DNA from: a virus
Lineage: Duplodnaviria > Heunggongvirae > Uroviricota > Caudoviricetes
DNA: 64,000 nt
Reading direction: 5' to 3' (one strand)
Virus record (IMG/VR): IMGVR_UViG_3300033146_002139
Location: 39,707-103,706 of that record
Part shown: one piece after another, positions 20,131 through 30,928 of the stretch
How the letters are laid out: the number at the start of each line of letters is the position of its first letter
Numbering within the stretch: the stretch's first letter is position 1
The notes under the pieces: generated by a model
What the model was told of the DNA's origin: nothing
The model's database searches: none
Seen by the model: the letters and a program-made list of their open reading frames with translations, nothing else
Translations under genes and position numbers: made by a program

Positions 20131-21036
20131 ATGGCAAGTTTTATATTTAGTGAAGCGAATGTAAAAAAGAATTTCTTTAGAATATTCGTTAAAACTGCTA
20201 CAAACCTTACAGACAATCCTACTGAGCCATTATGGGCTAATGGAAATGCTGCTGGTGTCGATTCTAAAACTGCAAGAGCCGGCTATGCTGGTGATGCAGG
20301 CGATATAGCTACAGGTTTGTTTAATTCTCTATATGTGAATTACTACGAGCAGATTGGTTCTTGTAACTCAGAACCTGTTGTATCATCTTCTGATGTAGAT
20401 GGTATTACAAATAATATCGGTACAACTCTAGGTGCTTCTAAGGAAGTTACTGTTGAGTTTACTCTACATGACTTAGATGGTGGATACCATGCTGGTACAG
20501 GAAGTATTTTCGAAGCTACAGGTGATAGCAATTATGCTTCATTAGTTAGTATTGACGGTACTACAGTAAACTTCGTATTCTTCGATGAAAATTCGGGAAC
20601 TACTTATGTTATTAAAGATGTATCGGTAAGTGTAAATCTTTCTTCTACAGGAAACTCTTTTGAAGAAGTTCCTGTTACTGCGAAGAAAGAAGCAACTACC
20701 ATTTCTCAAATTGTTAACAGATACAAGTATAATCCTGGAGCTGCCGCTGTAGTTCTTGTTGGAACTCCTACTTCTGTGTCTATTTACGATGGTGGTCTTA
20801 ACTACTCTGGCACTGAACTTGCATTACCACAAGTACAGATAATGCCTATATCTTCTACCGCTGCTGGTGTTACAGTAGATATTACTGCGGTTGATGGTAA
20901 TGGTACTGCTACAGCAATTACTCCTGCATTTGGTGGAGCTAACGCATTTTATGCTGTTGGTGACTTACTTGTTATGGATATTGGTGCTGCTGGTGGAACT
21001 GAAAGTCTTATTCTTAGAGTTGATGTTATTGCCTAA
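20131..21036 (+). CDS. Major tail tube protein
   Basis: 301 aa, G/A/T/V-rich, with a strong RBS; followed by a terminator, the chaperone and the tape measure. Confidence 0.7.
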   Translation: MASFIFSEANVKKNFFRIFVKTATNLTDNPTEPLWANGNAAGVDSKTARAGYAGDAGDIATGLFNSLYVNYYEQIGSCNSEPVVSSSDVDGITNNIGTTLGASKEVTVEFTLHDLDGGYHAGTGSIFEATGDSNYASLVSIDGTTVNFVFFDENSGTTYVIKDVSVSVNLSSTGNSFEEVPVTAKKEATTISQIVNRYKYNPGAAAVVLVGTPTSVSIYDGGLNYSGTELALPQVQIMPISSTAAGVTVDITAVDGNGTATAITPAFGGANAFYAVGDLLVMDIGAAGGTESLILRVDVIA

Positions 21037-21060
21037 GAATTTAAGCAAACAGACACAATT

Positions 21061-21091
21061 AAGGCGAATATTTATTTATTCGCCTTTTTTT
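21061..21091 (+). terminator. Intrinsic terminator
   Basis: AAGGCGAATA-TTTATT-TATTCGCCTT followed by TTTTT. Confidence 0.85.
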
Positions 21092-21182
21092 ATGCTTAAA
21101 ATAAAAAAGATAAAGCTTGAGTTTTACAGTTTTATTTTGTATTTTATATGAATACTAACTAAACAATAACAGGAGAAGAGAT

Positions 21183-21533
21183 ATGAAGCTAAGTTTAACA
21201 ATGATAAAAGATGTTTTTAAGGCAGTAAGAGGTATTGTTTTAGTCAACGACAAAGAGGAATTTAATTTACTAAATGCAATCAGCGAAATGAACGATGACA
21301 TTTTAAATGATGTATGTAGTGCTATTTCACAAAAAAAAGAAATAAACTATGCTGAAGATTTGCTAGGAGAAGAAGGTGCCTTGGAGGTCATCTCAGATTT
21401 TTTGCTGAATATTATAAGCAACTATCAGAAGTCAAAGAAATTCAAGATGCTTATAAACACATATTTGAGTCCAAAGATGAAAACCCTTTTCAGCAAGATA
21501 AAGGACAACTTACCCAACTCGGAACTCTCTTAG
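21183..21533 (+). CDS. Tail assembly chaperone (G)
   Basis: 116 aa between the tail tube and tape measure genes. Confidence 0.75.
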   Translation: MKLSLTMIKDVFKAVRGIVLVNDKEEFNLLNAISEMNDDILNDVCSAISQKKEINYAEDLLGEEGALEVISDFLLNIISNYQKSKKFKMLINTYLSPKMKTLFSKIKDNLPNSELS

Positions 21534-21682
21534 AGTTGACATACAATCTTTCTCAGATAGGGAAAAATATCGATATGAATAATGTAGACTTGATAGAAGG
21601 ATATTACTTAGTATACGAGCATTCGAAAAGACAAAAAGAACAAAATGACGAAATTGAAAAACTAAACAAAAAAAGAAAATAA
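21183..21682 (+). CDS. Tail assembly chaperone, -1 frameshift product (GT)
   Basis: Slippery heptamer T TTT TTG at 21398-21404. The -1 frame is open from 21401 to TAA at 21680-21682 (FAEYYKQL...YNLSQIG...LIEGYYLVYEH...KRK). Confidence 0.75.
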
Positions 21683-21708
21683 TTCTCTTATAGAGGATAG
21701 GGACTAAA

Positions 21709-24700
21709 ATGGCTAAAGACTTAACATATAATATAAAAATAAATTCAAATCTTGAAGGTTTTGAAGAAAACGATATTAAAGACTTGTTAAAACAAATTAG
21801 TATTATAAGTGGCACCGATGTTAAAATCGGTGCTAAAGTCGATATGGTAGCTTTACAGAAACAATTAGTTTTTATGAAAAAAACCATAGCTACTATAATT
21901 AAAGAAGTCCCTGATGTAAAATTCGTAGACAACGAAAACATAGTCCCAGCTTTAAACACCATCTCTAAACAATTTGAAGAATACGGAAAAATCTCTGCCA
22001 AGAAATTTACTACAAATTTTAAAGCTAATATCGCATCTGCGGCTACAGCCATGAGCGATTTACATGCCGAATTAGACAAGGCTAAAAGAAATGAAGACAA
22101 ACAAGCTTTAGCCGATTATACGGGACTAACTCTTTACGATGGAAATAAAAAGGCTAACCTAAAACTTCAAAAAGAAGAATCTACTGACAAATCATTTCTA
22201 ACACAAAGAAACACTAGAGAAAAAGTTAGTGCACTTGATGATGGAAGTATGGGTACGAGCAAAGGAGAAGCTCAAGCTAGAGATGAATATGCTAAAACAA
22301 CCGAGTCTTTAAAAACCGAAAAAAAGATTCAACTTGGAGCTGCTAAAGATGCGGCTATCGAAAAAAGAAAGCTACTTGACAAAGAAGAAAATAATCAAAA
22401 AATTATTAACCAAAGAAAACTAGATGAAGAGATAGCACTAATAAACTCTATGACTGATGCAGAAGCAAATGCTGCCATAGATAATGATACTCTTCAGAAA
22501 AAAGAAGTAGCCTCAACAAAAAAAACAAATAAAGAGAAAGCTAAAGATACAAAAAAAACAAGCAAAGAAATGGTCGAGCAGGGGAAAAAAGATACTGACG
22601 AACTTAAGAAATTATTTACAGAACTTAGTGAAATAAAAAACAGAGACAAGCCCAAGGCAGACACTTCTGCAAAAAAAACAAATAAAGCAAAAATTAAAGA
22701 TACAGAGAAAACAAACGAAGAAATAATTCAGGACGAACAAGCTACTGCCAAAAAATTAGCCGAAATTCAGGAAGATTTACAAGCACGAAGAAAACATGCT
22801 ATAAACAAATTGACAAAAGAAAATAAGGCCGCAGGAAGAAATACCACTAAAAGAGAGATAGCGGCACTAGAAGGTGCCTCAAAAGAAGTACTAGATGTTA
22901 TACTTGGGAAAGAAAAGAAAAAAAAGAAAGTAAGAATTAAAGTAGCCAAAGAAACTCAAGAGGAAATATCTAAAATAGAAACTGAGGGAGAGACTAAGAT
23001 TGTCACTCCAAAACGAGTAAGAAAAACAAGAAAATTTGAAACTGTAGTTCCTGAAGAGGCCGTAGATATAGATGCTATTTTAAAAGCAAACGAGAAAACC
23101 TCTGCAGATAAGAAAGAAAATATAAAAGAAGAATCTGCCGTTAAAGATAAAACTATAAAAAAATCTTCATCTAAAGAACAAACACTAGACAAACAAACTT
23201 CTACAAAAAAGAAACAACTCATAAAAGAAGAGTCAATAGCAGAAACACAGGCTGAAAACAAAGTTGCTGCTGCGAAAGCTATCTTGCAAGATAGACTAAA
23301 AAAATCAGAGACAGGTGCTAAATCTTTACAGACTTTAGAAACTGGACAAGAAATTTCAGGTAAAGCTGTAGCGTCTATAGTAGACCCTAAGCAAAAAGCT
23401 AAATCCGAAAAAGAGTTGAAAGAATTTTACAGTAAATGGAAGCTGTTAGAAAAAGACCTTTTCGACACGAAAAAGAAAATAGCTTCTGCAGAAACTATGG
23501 AAGAAGTGAAAGCTTACGTAGAAACTGTTACAGAAATTAAAAAAAGAGCTACTGTATTATCTGCTGATTTAGTAAAAATAAATGATAGACGAAGAAAGCA
23601 AATTACTAGAGCTGATATTGCCGCTAATAAAAAAACAACTAAAAAGCCTACCAAAACTACAGTATTAGAAAAACCTACAGTTGTAGACACAAAACCTTTA
23701 GATAAGCTAGCAACAGTAAGCAAGACAACAATTGGTGATGTTAAGCTAATTGTTGCTGAAATCCAAAAAGCAATCACCGCTATAAATACAATTGTAACAT
23801 CTGTTGACAAAGTCACAAAAGGTGTCGCCGAAACGACTAAAGCTATAACAGGTCAAAATGCCGCTTTTAAAGAATCTGCCGCTCAAAGTTCAATAACAAA
23901 AGAAACTATAGAAGCTATAATAAAAGTAGCTAAAATACAAGCAAAAGAAGAAGCTAAAAAAACAGCGAAAGCCAAAGAAGAAGCAGAAAAAAGAAAAAAA
24001 ATTGCTAAGGAAGAGGCTGAAGAAAAAAAGAGATTAATAAATGAAGCCTCAGCACAAGAACAAAAACCAACTATGCCATCTAAACCTTTTAAGTTAGGAG
24101 AGCAGGCACAGCCTCTTAAGATGAGTGAAGTCTTTAACGAAAAAGACGATAAGGTTTCATTAGACACTCATAATGCTACACTTAAAATGATAGAAGAAGA
24201 AGCTGCTTTCAAAAAGAAACTTGCTATCGAAGAATACAATGCTGAAGTTAAAATGATTGAAAACAATAGTGCTTACGAAGAAAAACTAGCAAAAGAAAGA
24301 CTTGCTAAAAAGAATTTAAAAGGTAAAGTAGATTTAGCAGACCACGATGCAGAAATGAAAATGACCGCACAAGAAATAAAGCACAACAGAGAAGTTGCAG
24401 CAGCAAGGGAAAGACTGAACAATAAAATAATGAAAGCAGACCACGATGCAGAAATGAAAATGACTGCACAAGAAATTACTGACGATAAGAAAGTTGCGGA
24501 TGAGAAAATAAAAGAAAACTTAAGAATTAAGAAACTAGACATAAACACCGCATACTCCGAGAAAGCTAAGAAAGAAGTAACTACTGATAAGGCCTATACT
24601 ATTGACGATAAAGCAAATATCAATAGATATAAAAACGAAGAGTCTTTGTGGGAGAGCTTTGAGGACAAGAAAAAGACAACCGCAAAACAAACAGCAACAG

Positions 24701-27700
24701 AAATCTCCGATTACGAGATAGCCTTAGCTAAAAAAACAGAAAAAGAAAATGAAACAATACTAAAGAATAGAACAGAAACAACAAGGAAACATGGAAAACT
24801 AACATCAGACGCATTACTAGTTTCTGAAATAGAAAACCAAAAAAGAATAGTAGAAATTAAAAAACTTACATATAGCAAAAGCATATCAGAAGCTCAGTCG
24901 TATTATGTAGAACTTACAAAACTAAACAGGCTCAATACAAAACAACAAGCTATAAAGCTTTACCCAAAAGATTCGGTAAAACAAGATGATTTTAGGGCAT
25001 CTTTAAACGCTAAAGATGACGAGACAACATCGAAAGCATTAGACATTCAGATAGAGAAAATAAAGAAAAAAAATGATACCACAGCAAAATCCTTAGCTAG
25101 TTCAATAAAAGCTCAAAAAGATTACACCGCACTTGTTAAGATAGGATATCAAGACAGTGAAGCTGCTGCTGTCAAATATTACAAAGAACTTGAAAAATTA
25201 GAAAATTTACAAAACAAAAAAGAATCGCTATCTTTAGATAATCCTGAGAGAGCCGCACTTATATCAGACGCATCCTCCCATATAAGAATACAGAAAGAAA
25301 GGGCTAAAACTGTCGCTGCTATAAGAAAAAAAGATGCTAAAGACAGCGCAACAAAAAACAAAGAAGAGTTAGCATCACAAAAAAAGAATATAGAAATAGA
25401 AATTAAATTTTGGAAAAAGTATTATAATACATTATCATCAGATGATTTGAAACATGCTCAAGACAGAATCAAAAACTCTAGAATAGCTTTGGCAGGCATA
25501 GAATCTGAAGGAAAATCCGATATAGAAAAATCTGCGATTACTAGCGGTTCTACAGCTCAATACCAAAAAGAAATTGCGGAGATGAAAAAGAGTAGAAAAG
25601 AATACCAAAAGAATTCTAATATAAAGGAAAAAGAAACTGCCGATTACTACAAAAAAGTAAAAGGGCTAGATAGGAACTACTATAAATGGAAAAAAGCTCA
25701 GATATACAAAGATACAGAAATAGATAAAAATGCAAGCAAGGAAGCGATTTACAGGGCAAAAACGACCAGATTAAAAATGATGAACGAACTAAAGAAAGAC
25801 ATGGGAGCTGGTGGAACATTTTTCAAAAATATGATGGCAAATGTTAGAAGTATGCTAGTTGCTCTTGGAGGTTTTTATGCAATAAAACAAATGATTGTCG
25901 AATTAACAAGAGAGGGGCTTGAATTTGAAAGCACAATGGCATCTGTAAAAGCGATTGCACAAGCATCAACAGGTGAATTTGTAGCATTGTCACAATCAGC
26001 AAGAGAACTTGGCGAGAACACAAGGTACACTGCAACTGAAGTTGCAAAGCTCCAAGAAAATTTTGCAAAAATTGGTTTTTCTACGCAAGAAATATTAGAT
26101 GCGAGTCAAGCAACAATATACCTTGCCACTGCAACTGGTGAAGAATTGGCAGAGGCAGCAGAAATTGCAGGTGCTACATTAAAAGGTTTTGGATTACAAG
26201 CTAAGTCAACACAGAGAATTGTCGATGTTATGGCAGCATCGTTTACATCTTCAGCATTAAACCTAGAAAGATTCAAAGAGTCTATGAAACTTGTCGCCCC
26301 TATGGCAAGAGCCGTCGGATTTTCAGTTGAACAGACAACAGCGGTTCTTAGTAAGCTTGCTGATACTGGACTACATGGTAGTTTAGCAGGTACAGCGTTA
26401 AGAAATACATTTTCTCAGATTGGAAATTCAAGTTCTAAGTTATCTAAGGTTTTAGGCGGAACAGCAAATAACTTTGAAGAATTTATAGCTTTACTTAAAA
26501 AGGCCAACGACAGAGGGGAAGCTTTTAAAAAAGAAGCTTTATCTGGATTAGATTTAAGAATTAAAGGTATTATAATTTCATTGGCATCTCAGGCAGATAC
26601 CCTTTCGGACGTAGCAAATAATTATGATTTAGCAGCTGGAGCCGCAAGAAAGATGTCTGAAATTAGAATGGATACTTTATACGGAGATTTACTACTGTTA
26701 AAATCCGCATGGAGCGAGTTGCAATTGTCTTATTTCGATGATGCCGGAAATGGATTTAGGAATATAATACAAAGCATGGTATCTATAGTTAAACATGGTA
26801 AGGAAATAATAACCGTCTTAACAAATGTAGCTATTGGGTTTGGACTGTACAAAGCTATTATAGCAACAAGAACATTGGCTTTTGCTCTAAATACTGTTAA
26901 AATAGCATTTTTAGGAACCGCAGCAACAGCTACTACGGCGACAACTGCTGTAGCAGGAACCACTGTAGCGGTAGGAGGTTTAAAGGCTGGGTTGACTGCC
27001 TTAGTTGCCTCTAATCCTATATTATTAGCTATATCACTAGCACTTGGAGTTATCGCTGGTCTTTACTATTCGATGTCAGACGCTGAAGAAAGAGCTAAAA
27101 AAGAAATGCAGGAATTGAACAAAGAAGCAAAAGATACAATAAGCAATATTGAAATAGAAACAGATAGAAGAAAAAAACTAATGAAACAATATTTAGACCT
27201 TTCTTATATAAAGAATAAAAATGAAGGTCAAATTGAAAGAGAAAAGAAATTGCTAGCAGATATTAACGACTTATATATCGACAAGATTAGTGGGTTAGAC
27301 GATGTAAAAACAAAGTATATTGAAATTAAAAACGAGCTTACAGAGATACAACAACTAGCAACTCTTATGAATATAAAAGATTTAGGCTCCGATATCAACG
27401 ACATACTAATGAAAGCAAATACACTTAAAAAAAGTATGTCTGAATTATTAAGCGAAATAACCAAGAAAAGCAAAATAGCTACAGATATCTCAGTTAGGGT
27501 GAACTACGCTTTTAGTGGGTACGATGATGATGCAAAAAAGAATTTGAAAAAACTAGCTGATGGACTAACTGCTGATGCAGAAAATGCTGTTAAGCTAAGT
27601 GTGGGTATAGACGAGGGCGATACAAAAAAAGTTCAAAATACTATGGTAGTATTGTACAAAGAAAGTCAAAAACATATACTAGATAGGTCAAAAGCGATAA

Positions 27701-30700
27701 TAAACGGAAATAAACAGGAAAGATTGTCTGCAGAAAAAAACATAGAATCCATAAGTAAATTACTAGAAAAGGGAACATTATTTTTACAGCTCGAAGACCA
27801 AAGAATAGAAAAAGCAAAAAAATTACAAAAACTCGTACTAGGATATGAAGAAGACAGCAAGAAAGAAGCCATGACAGTAAGCTCTGTTATGCAGGACTAT
27901 ATAGACCTGCAACAAAAAAAGATAGATAATTTAAAAGCTATAGAAAACGTAAATCTTAATAGTACAGAAAAAGAAGCAATTATAGAAAAAATAGAGGCTT
28001 CTAAAAAATACATTTCAGAACTTGAAGTTGCTAAAAGATTGATTTCATCAATGAGATTAGATTGGGACGATGAGAGCTTAAACGAATTCAGAGATAGTTC
28101 TATAAGTGCTATAGCAGCAATAACAGACTCAGACCAATTTGAAAAAACAAGACAGTCTCTAAGGGATTTATTTACATTCAAAGAAGAAGGTACTATTTTT
28201 GAGCGAGTTACTAATAAGATTAAAACATTTAGTGATGGAATATCTGAGTTCCTTGCGAATGCTAAAAAGCTTGATGCAGAGTCAGGAACTGTAAGCCTTG
28301 TAATGGAAAAAGATAAGATTGATTTCGATAAAGAGTCTACATCATTTTTCAAAAAAAGAGAGGGAGAAAGTCAAGAAGAAGTAAGAGCTAGAGAAGCAAA
28401 AGCCATAGATAAGCATATGAACGATTTAATGATAAAGCAAAGAGACGGCAACAAAGCTATTGACGATGGAGATAAGAATAAGATTAGACTCATGAAATCG
28501 CATTTAGACGGACAAATAGAATTTTATAAAGTAGAGGCCAAAGTTAAAGATTTAGACCTTAAAAAGAATAAACAATATCAAAACGCAAGGTATCTTACTA
28601 TAAAGGCAGGTCTTTTAGCATCCGACAAAGTCTTTGGTTGGAGTGAGGACAGATTAGAAGACCATATTAAAAATATGTTAGAACTCGAAAATAAAGGTAA
28701 CAAAGGAAGAGTTGACAATGCTGAAAGATTAAGAAAAGCCCTAGAAGATATAGAAAAAAGAACATCAGTAAAAGACGACATTAAAGAAATAGCTCAACTA
28801 AAAAAAATAAACGAATACTATGAAAATAAACTTGCTCTACTTGGTGGTACAGGAGACCTAGAACGAAAAAGTGACGAAACGGCTGTTGCGTATTTAAAAA
28901 GAAAACATGAGATACAAAAACTTAACGAAAAAGATATAGTATATGCAAAAGAACTGTTGAACCTTGAAAGAAAAAGAACAATAGCCTCACTTTCTAAGAA
29001 TCCTAGTCAAGAAAATAAGAATAAAATAAAAGCCCTGAAAAAAGAGATTACAAAAGAAGAAGCCAAAGAACACGCTAAACTTCTAATAGTAAAAGCTAGG
29101 GTAACGGAGCAAACTAAAATAGTAAAAGATGTCTTAGAGAGAGAAAAAAAGGCAACTTTAAAAATACAAAAAGAATTAAACAGGGTAAGAGGATTATCTG
29201 TAAAAGAGTCTATAGATTCTGAGTTTGAAGAAAGGTTAAGTAAGGCTGAAAAACACGCTTCAGATATGCTAGCATTAGCTTCTTCAAATAATACCAATAT
29301 TGAAAAATTAGAGGCAACATCAGGTAAAACTAAAGCCCAAGAAATAGAACTTGCAGGATTAAAAGATGCACAAATAAAAATACTTAATGCTGTTACTAAG
29401 AGTTCTAAAGCGGTAGTATTGATAAACAACCTCAAACATCAAAAACTATTGGATTCTGAAGATAGGTTTAATAAAGAATATATCACCCTTAGAGATAAAA
29501 TAGATTCTTTTGAAAAGGGGAATTTAGAAAATAAGATAGATACAATAGAAAAAGCAAATGCAAAACAAAGGGAAAGCGCTAAAGACAACTGGAAAGGTTC
29601 TGCTGTTGCACTAGAAGAGTATTTGTTAATGCTTGATAAACTAGAGAAGATTGACAAAGAAACCGCTATTAACGAATCACTAAGAGATGCCCTTAGTTCT
29701 GGAGATTTTGACTTTGATTCTACTATAAACACGATAAGAAGCCACCATCAATCAATAGTTGATAGCTATAGAGAAATATATAAAGACAATCCTATGAAGC
29801 TACTTAGTCTTGGAATTAGAAGTGCCGTTAAAGATACAGATAAAGCGACTGTAGGAATACTAAATGTTTTTCAAAAGGCAATCCCAAATTTAGAAAAACA
29901 ATTCAAGGAAATAACGTCAATATTCAAAGAAGACCCTTTCCAAGGTCTCGCAAAAGGTGCTAATATAGCATTACAAACAGTTTCTGGAATCATAGATACT
30001 ATGGCAAATATGTGGAATAAGTACTATGAAGACCAAATAAGGCAAATACACGAAGAGAAAGATGCTAAATTACTAGCACTTGAAGAAACTGCAGCTGCCG
30101 CAGAAAGAGAAGCTAGATTCGGATTTGAACAAAGACAAGCATACGACGATATGGAGTTCATTTCTAATAACGAAACTAGAATGGCGGAAGTAGAACGAAT
30201 AGCTCAGCAACATACGGCTATAATACAAATAGAAGATAGACATGCAGCTGCAAAAGAAAGACTAGAAAAAGCAGCTTTAAAAGAAGAAGAAAAGCTTAGA
30301 AAAAAACAAAGAGAATGGGCTATTACTCAAGCTCTTATAAACGGAGCTCTAGCTATCACGAATATCTGGGCTACTACACCAAAAGCAGATTTTGGTATTA
30401 TGACTGCTGTTTTAACTGCAATGTCAATTGCATCTACAGCGGTTCAAATTGCTGCTATAAAATCACAAAATTTTGCTGAAGGAGGGTTTACATCTGCAAT
30501 AGGAGGAAGAGATGAGACAGGCGAAAGAGTAGCTGGCACGGTACATGAAAAAGAAATGGTGTTTGAGAAGAAAATTACATTGCCAAATCTTAAAGAATTG
30601 TTTATATTAAGAAGGATGCTACAGAAAGGTATAAAACTGAAAGATATCATAGCAGGAAATGTTAGCAACTTAAAGTTGCCGTCTATAACACTTCCACAAA

Positions 30701-30915
30701 TGCCTAAGCTAAAGTTTGCATCCGGAGGATATACTGGAAACATCGCTAATGAAAACAATAACATTATAAAAAAGTTTGACGAATTAATAGGTATAATGTC
30801 AGAACTTGATAGCACTATAATCGAAAACAGACCAATCTTAAAAGTTGTAGCGGAAACAACATCTCCAATAATAGTATCCAATCTTACAGAAGAAGGTGAA
30901 ATAGACCTCGGTTAA
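21709..30915 (+). CDS. Tape measure protein (TP901-type core), 3068 aa
   Basis: Core FESTMASVKAIAQAST...ARELGENTRYTATEVA...GLHGSLAGTALR begins near 25918. The C-terminus has FAEGGFT and FASGGYT motifs. Confidence 0.92.
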   Translation: MAKDLTYNIKINSNLEGFEENDIKDLLKQISIISGTDVKIGAKVDMVALQKQLVFMKKTIATIIKEVPDVKFVDNENIVPALNTISKQFEEYGKISAKKFTTNFKANIASAATAMSDLHAELDKAKRNEDKQALADYTGLTLYDGNKKANLKLQKEESTDKSFLTQRNTREKVSALDDGSMGTSKGEAQARDEYAKTTESLKTEKKIQLGAAKDAAIEKRKLLDKEENNQKIINQRKLDEEIALINSMTDAEANAAIDNDTLQKKEVASTKKTNKEKAKDTKKTSKEMVEQGKKDTDELKKLFTELSEIKNRDKPKADTSAKKTNKAKIKDTEKTNEEIIQDEQATAKKLAEIQEDLQARRKHAINKLTKENKAAGRNTTKREIAALEGASKEVLDVILGKEKKKKKVRIKVAKETQEEISKIETEGETKIVTPKRVRKTRKFETVVPEEAVDIDAILKANEKTSADKKENIKEESAVKDKTIKKSSSKEQTLDKQTSTKKKQLIKEESIAETQAENKVAAAKAILQDRLKKSETGAKSLQTLETGQEISGKAVASIVDPKQKAKSEKELKEFYSKWKLLEKDLFDTKKKIASAETMEEVKAYVETVTEIKKRATVLSADLVKINDRRRKQITRADIAANKKTTKKPTKTTVLEKPTVVDTKPLDKLATVSKTTIGDVKLIVAEIQKAITAINTIVTSVDKVTKGVAETTKAITGQNAAFKESAAQSSITKETIEAIIKVAKIQAKEEAKKTAKAKEEAEKRKKIAKEEAEEKKRLINEASAQEQKPTMPSKPFKLGEQAQPLKMSEVFNEKDDKVSLDTHNATLKMIEEEAAFKKKLAIEEYNAEVKMIENNSAYEEKLAKERLAKKNLKGKVDLADHDAEMKMTAQEIKHNREVAAARERLNNKIMKADHDAEMKMTAQEITDDKKVADEKIKENLRIKKLDINTAYSEKAKKEVTTDKAYTIDDKANINRYKNEESLWESFEDKKKTTAKQTATEISDYEIALAKKTEKENETILKNRTETTRKHGKLTSDALLVSEIENQKRIVEIKKLTYSKSISEAQSYYVELTKLNRLNTKQQAIKLYPKDSVKQDDFRASLNAKDDETTSKALDIQIEKIKKKNDTTAKSLASSIKAQKDYTALVKIGYQDSEAAAVKYYKELEKLENLQNKKESLSLDNPERAALISDASSHIRIQKERAKTVAAIRKKDAKDSATKNKEELASQKKNIEIEIKFWKKYYNTLSSDDLKHAQDRIKNSRIALAGIESEGKSDIEKSAITSGSTAQYQKEIAEMKKSRKEYQKNSNIKEKETADYYKKVKGLDRNYYKWKKAQIYKDTEIDKNASKEAIYRAKTTRLKMMNELKKDMGAGGTFFKNMMANVRSMLVALGGFYAIKQMIVELTREGLEFESTMASVKAIAQASTGEFVALSQSARELGENTRYTATEVAKLQENFAKIGFSTQEILDASQATIYLATATGEELAEAAEIAGATLKGFGLQAKSTQRIVDVMAASFTSSALNLERFKESMKLVAPMARAVGFSVEQTTAVLSKLADTGLHGSLAGTALRNTFSQIGNSSSKLSKVLGGTANNFEEFIALLKKANDRGEAFKKEALSGLDLRIKGIIISLASQADTLSDVANNYDLAAGAARKMSEIRMDTLYGDLLLLKSAWSELQLSYFDDAGNGFRNIIQSMVSIVKHGKEIITVLTNVAIGFGLYKAIIATRTLAFALNTVKIAFLGTAATATTATTAVAGTTVAVGGLKAGLTALVASNPILLAISLALGVIAGLYYSMSDAEERAKKEMQELNKEAKDTISNIEIETDRRKKLMKQYLDLSYIKNKNEGQIEREKKLLADINDLYIDKISGLDDVKTKYIEIKNELTEIQQLATLMNIKDLGSDINDILMKANTLKKSMSELLSEITKKSKIATDISVRVNYAFSGYDDDAKKNLKKLADGLTADAENAVKLSVGIDEGDTKKVQNTMVVLYKESQKHILDRSKAIINGNKQERLSAEKNIESISKLLEKGTLFLQLEDQRIEKAKKLQKLVLGYEEDSKKEAMTVSSVMQDYIDLQQKKIDNLKAIENVNLNSTEKEAIIEKIEASKKYISELEVAKRLISSMRLDWDDESLNEFRDSSISAIAAITDSDQFEKTRQSLRDLFTFKEEGTIFERVTNKIKTFSDGISEFLANAKKLDAESGTVSLVMEKDKIDFDKESTSFFKKREGESQEEVRAREAKAIDKHMNDLMIKQRDGNKAIDDGDKNKIRLMKSHLDGQIEFYKVEAKVKDLDLKKNKQYQNARYLTIKAGLLASDKVFGWSEDRLEDHIKNMLELENKGNKGRVDNAERLRKALEDIEKRTSVKDDIKEIAQLKKINEYYENKLALLGGTGDLERKSDETAVAYLKRKHEIQKLNEKDIVYAKELLNLERKRTIASLSKNPSQENKNKIKALKKEITKEEAKEHAKLLIVKARVTEQTKIVKDVLEREKKATLKIQKELNRVRGLSVKESIDSEFEERLSKAEKHASDMLALASSNNTNIEKLEATSGKTKAQEIELAGLKDAQIKILNAVTKSSKAVVLINNLKHQKLLDSEDRFNKEYITLRDKIDSFEKGNLENKIDTIEKANAKQRESAKDNWKGSAVALEEYLLMLDKLEKIDKETAINESLRDALSSGDFDFDSTINTIRSHHQSIVDSYREIYKDNPMKLLSLGIRSAVKDTDKATVGILNVFQKAIPNLEKQFKEITSIFKEDPFQGLAKGANIALQTVSGIIDTMANMWNKYYEDQIRQIHEEKDAKLLALEETAAAAEREARFGFEQRQAYDDMEFISNNETRMAEVERIAQQHTAIIQIEDRHAAAKERLEKAALKEEEKLRKKQREWAITQALINGALAITNIWATTPKADFGIMTAVLTAMSIASTAVQIAAIKSQNFAEGGFTSAIGGRDETGERVAGTVHEKEMVFEKKITLPNLKELFILRRMLQKGIKLKDIIAGNVSNLKLPSITLPQMPKLKFASGGYTGNIANENNNIIKKFDELIGIMSELDSTIIENRPILKVVAETTSPIIVSNLTEEGEIDLG
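24337..24476 (+). repeat. 41-bp intragenic direct repeat (ADHDAEMKMTAQEI twice), 99 bp apart
   Basis: Copies at 24337-24377 and 24436-24476 with one mismatch. Confidence 0.85.
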
Positions 30916-30928
30916 AATAGAAGACTTT

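Noticed and set aside
22767-30881. Many minus-strand ORFs inside the tape measure and other long genes
   Set aside because: They are antisense shadows of biased K/E-rich coding (S/F/L-rich products) with no RBS or motifs.
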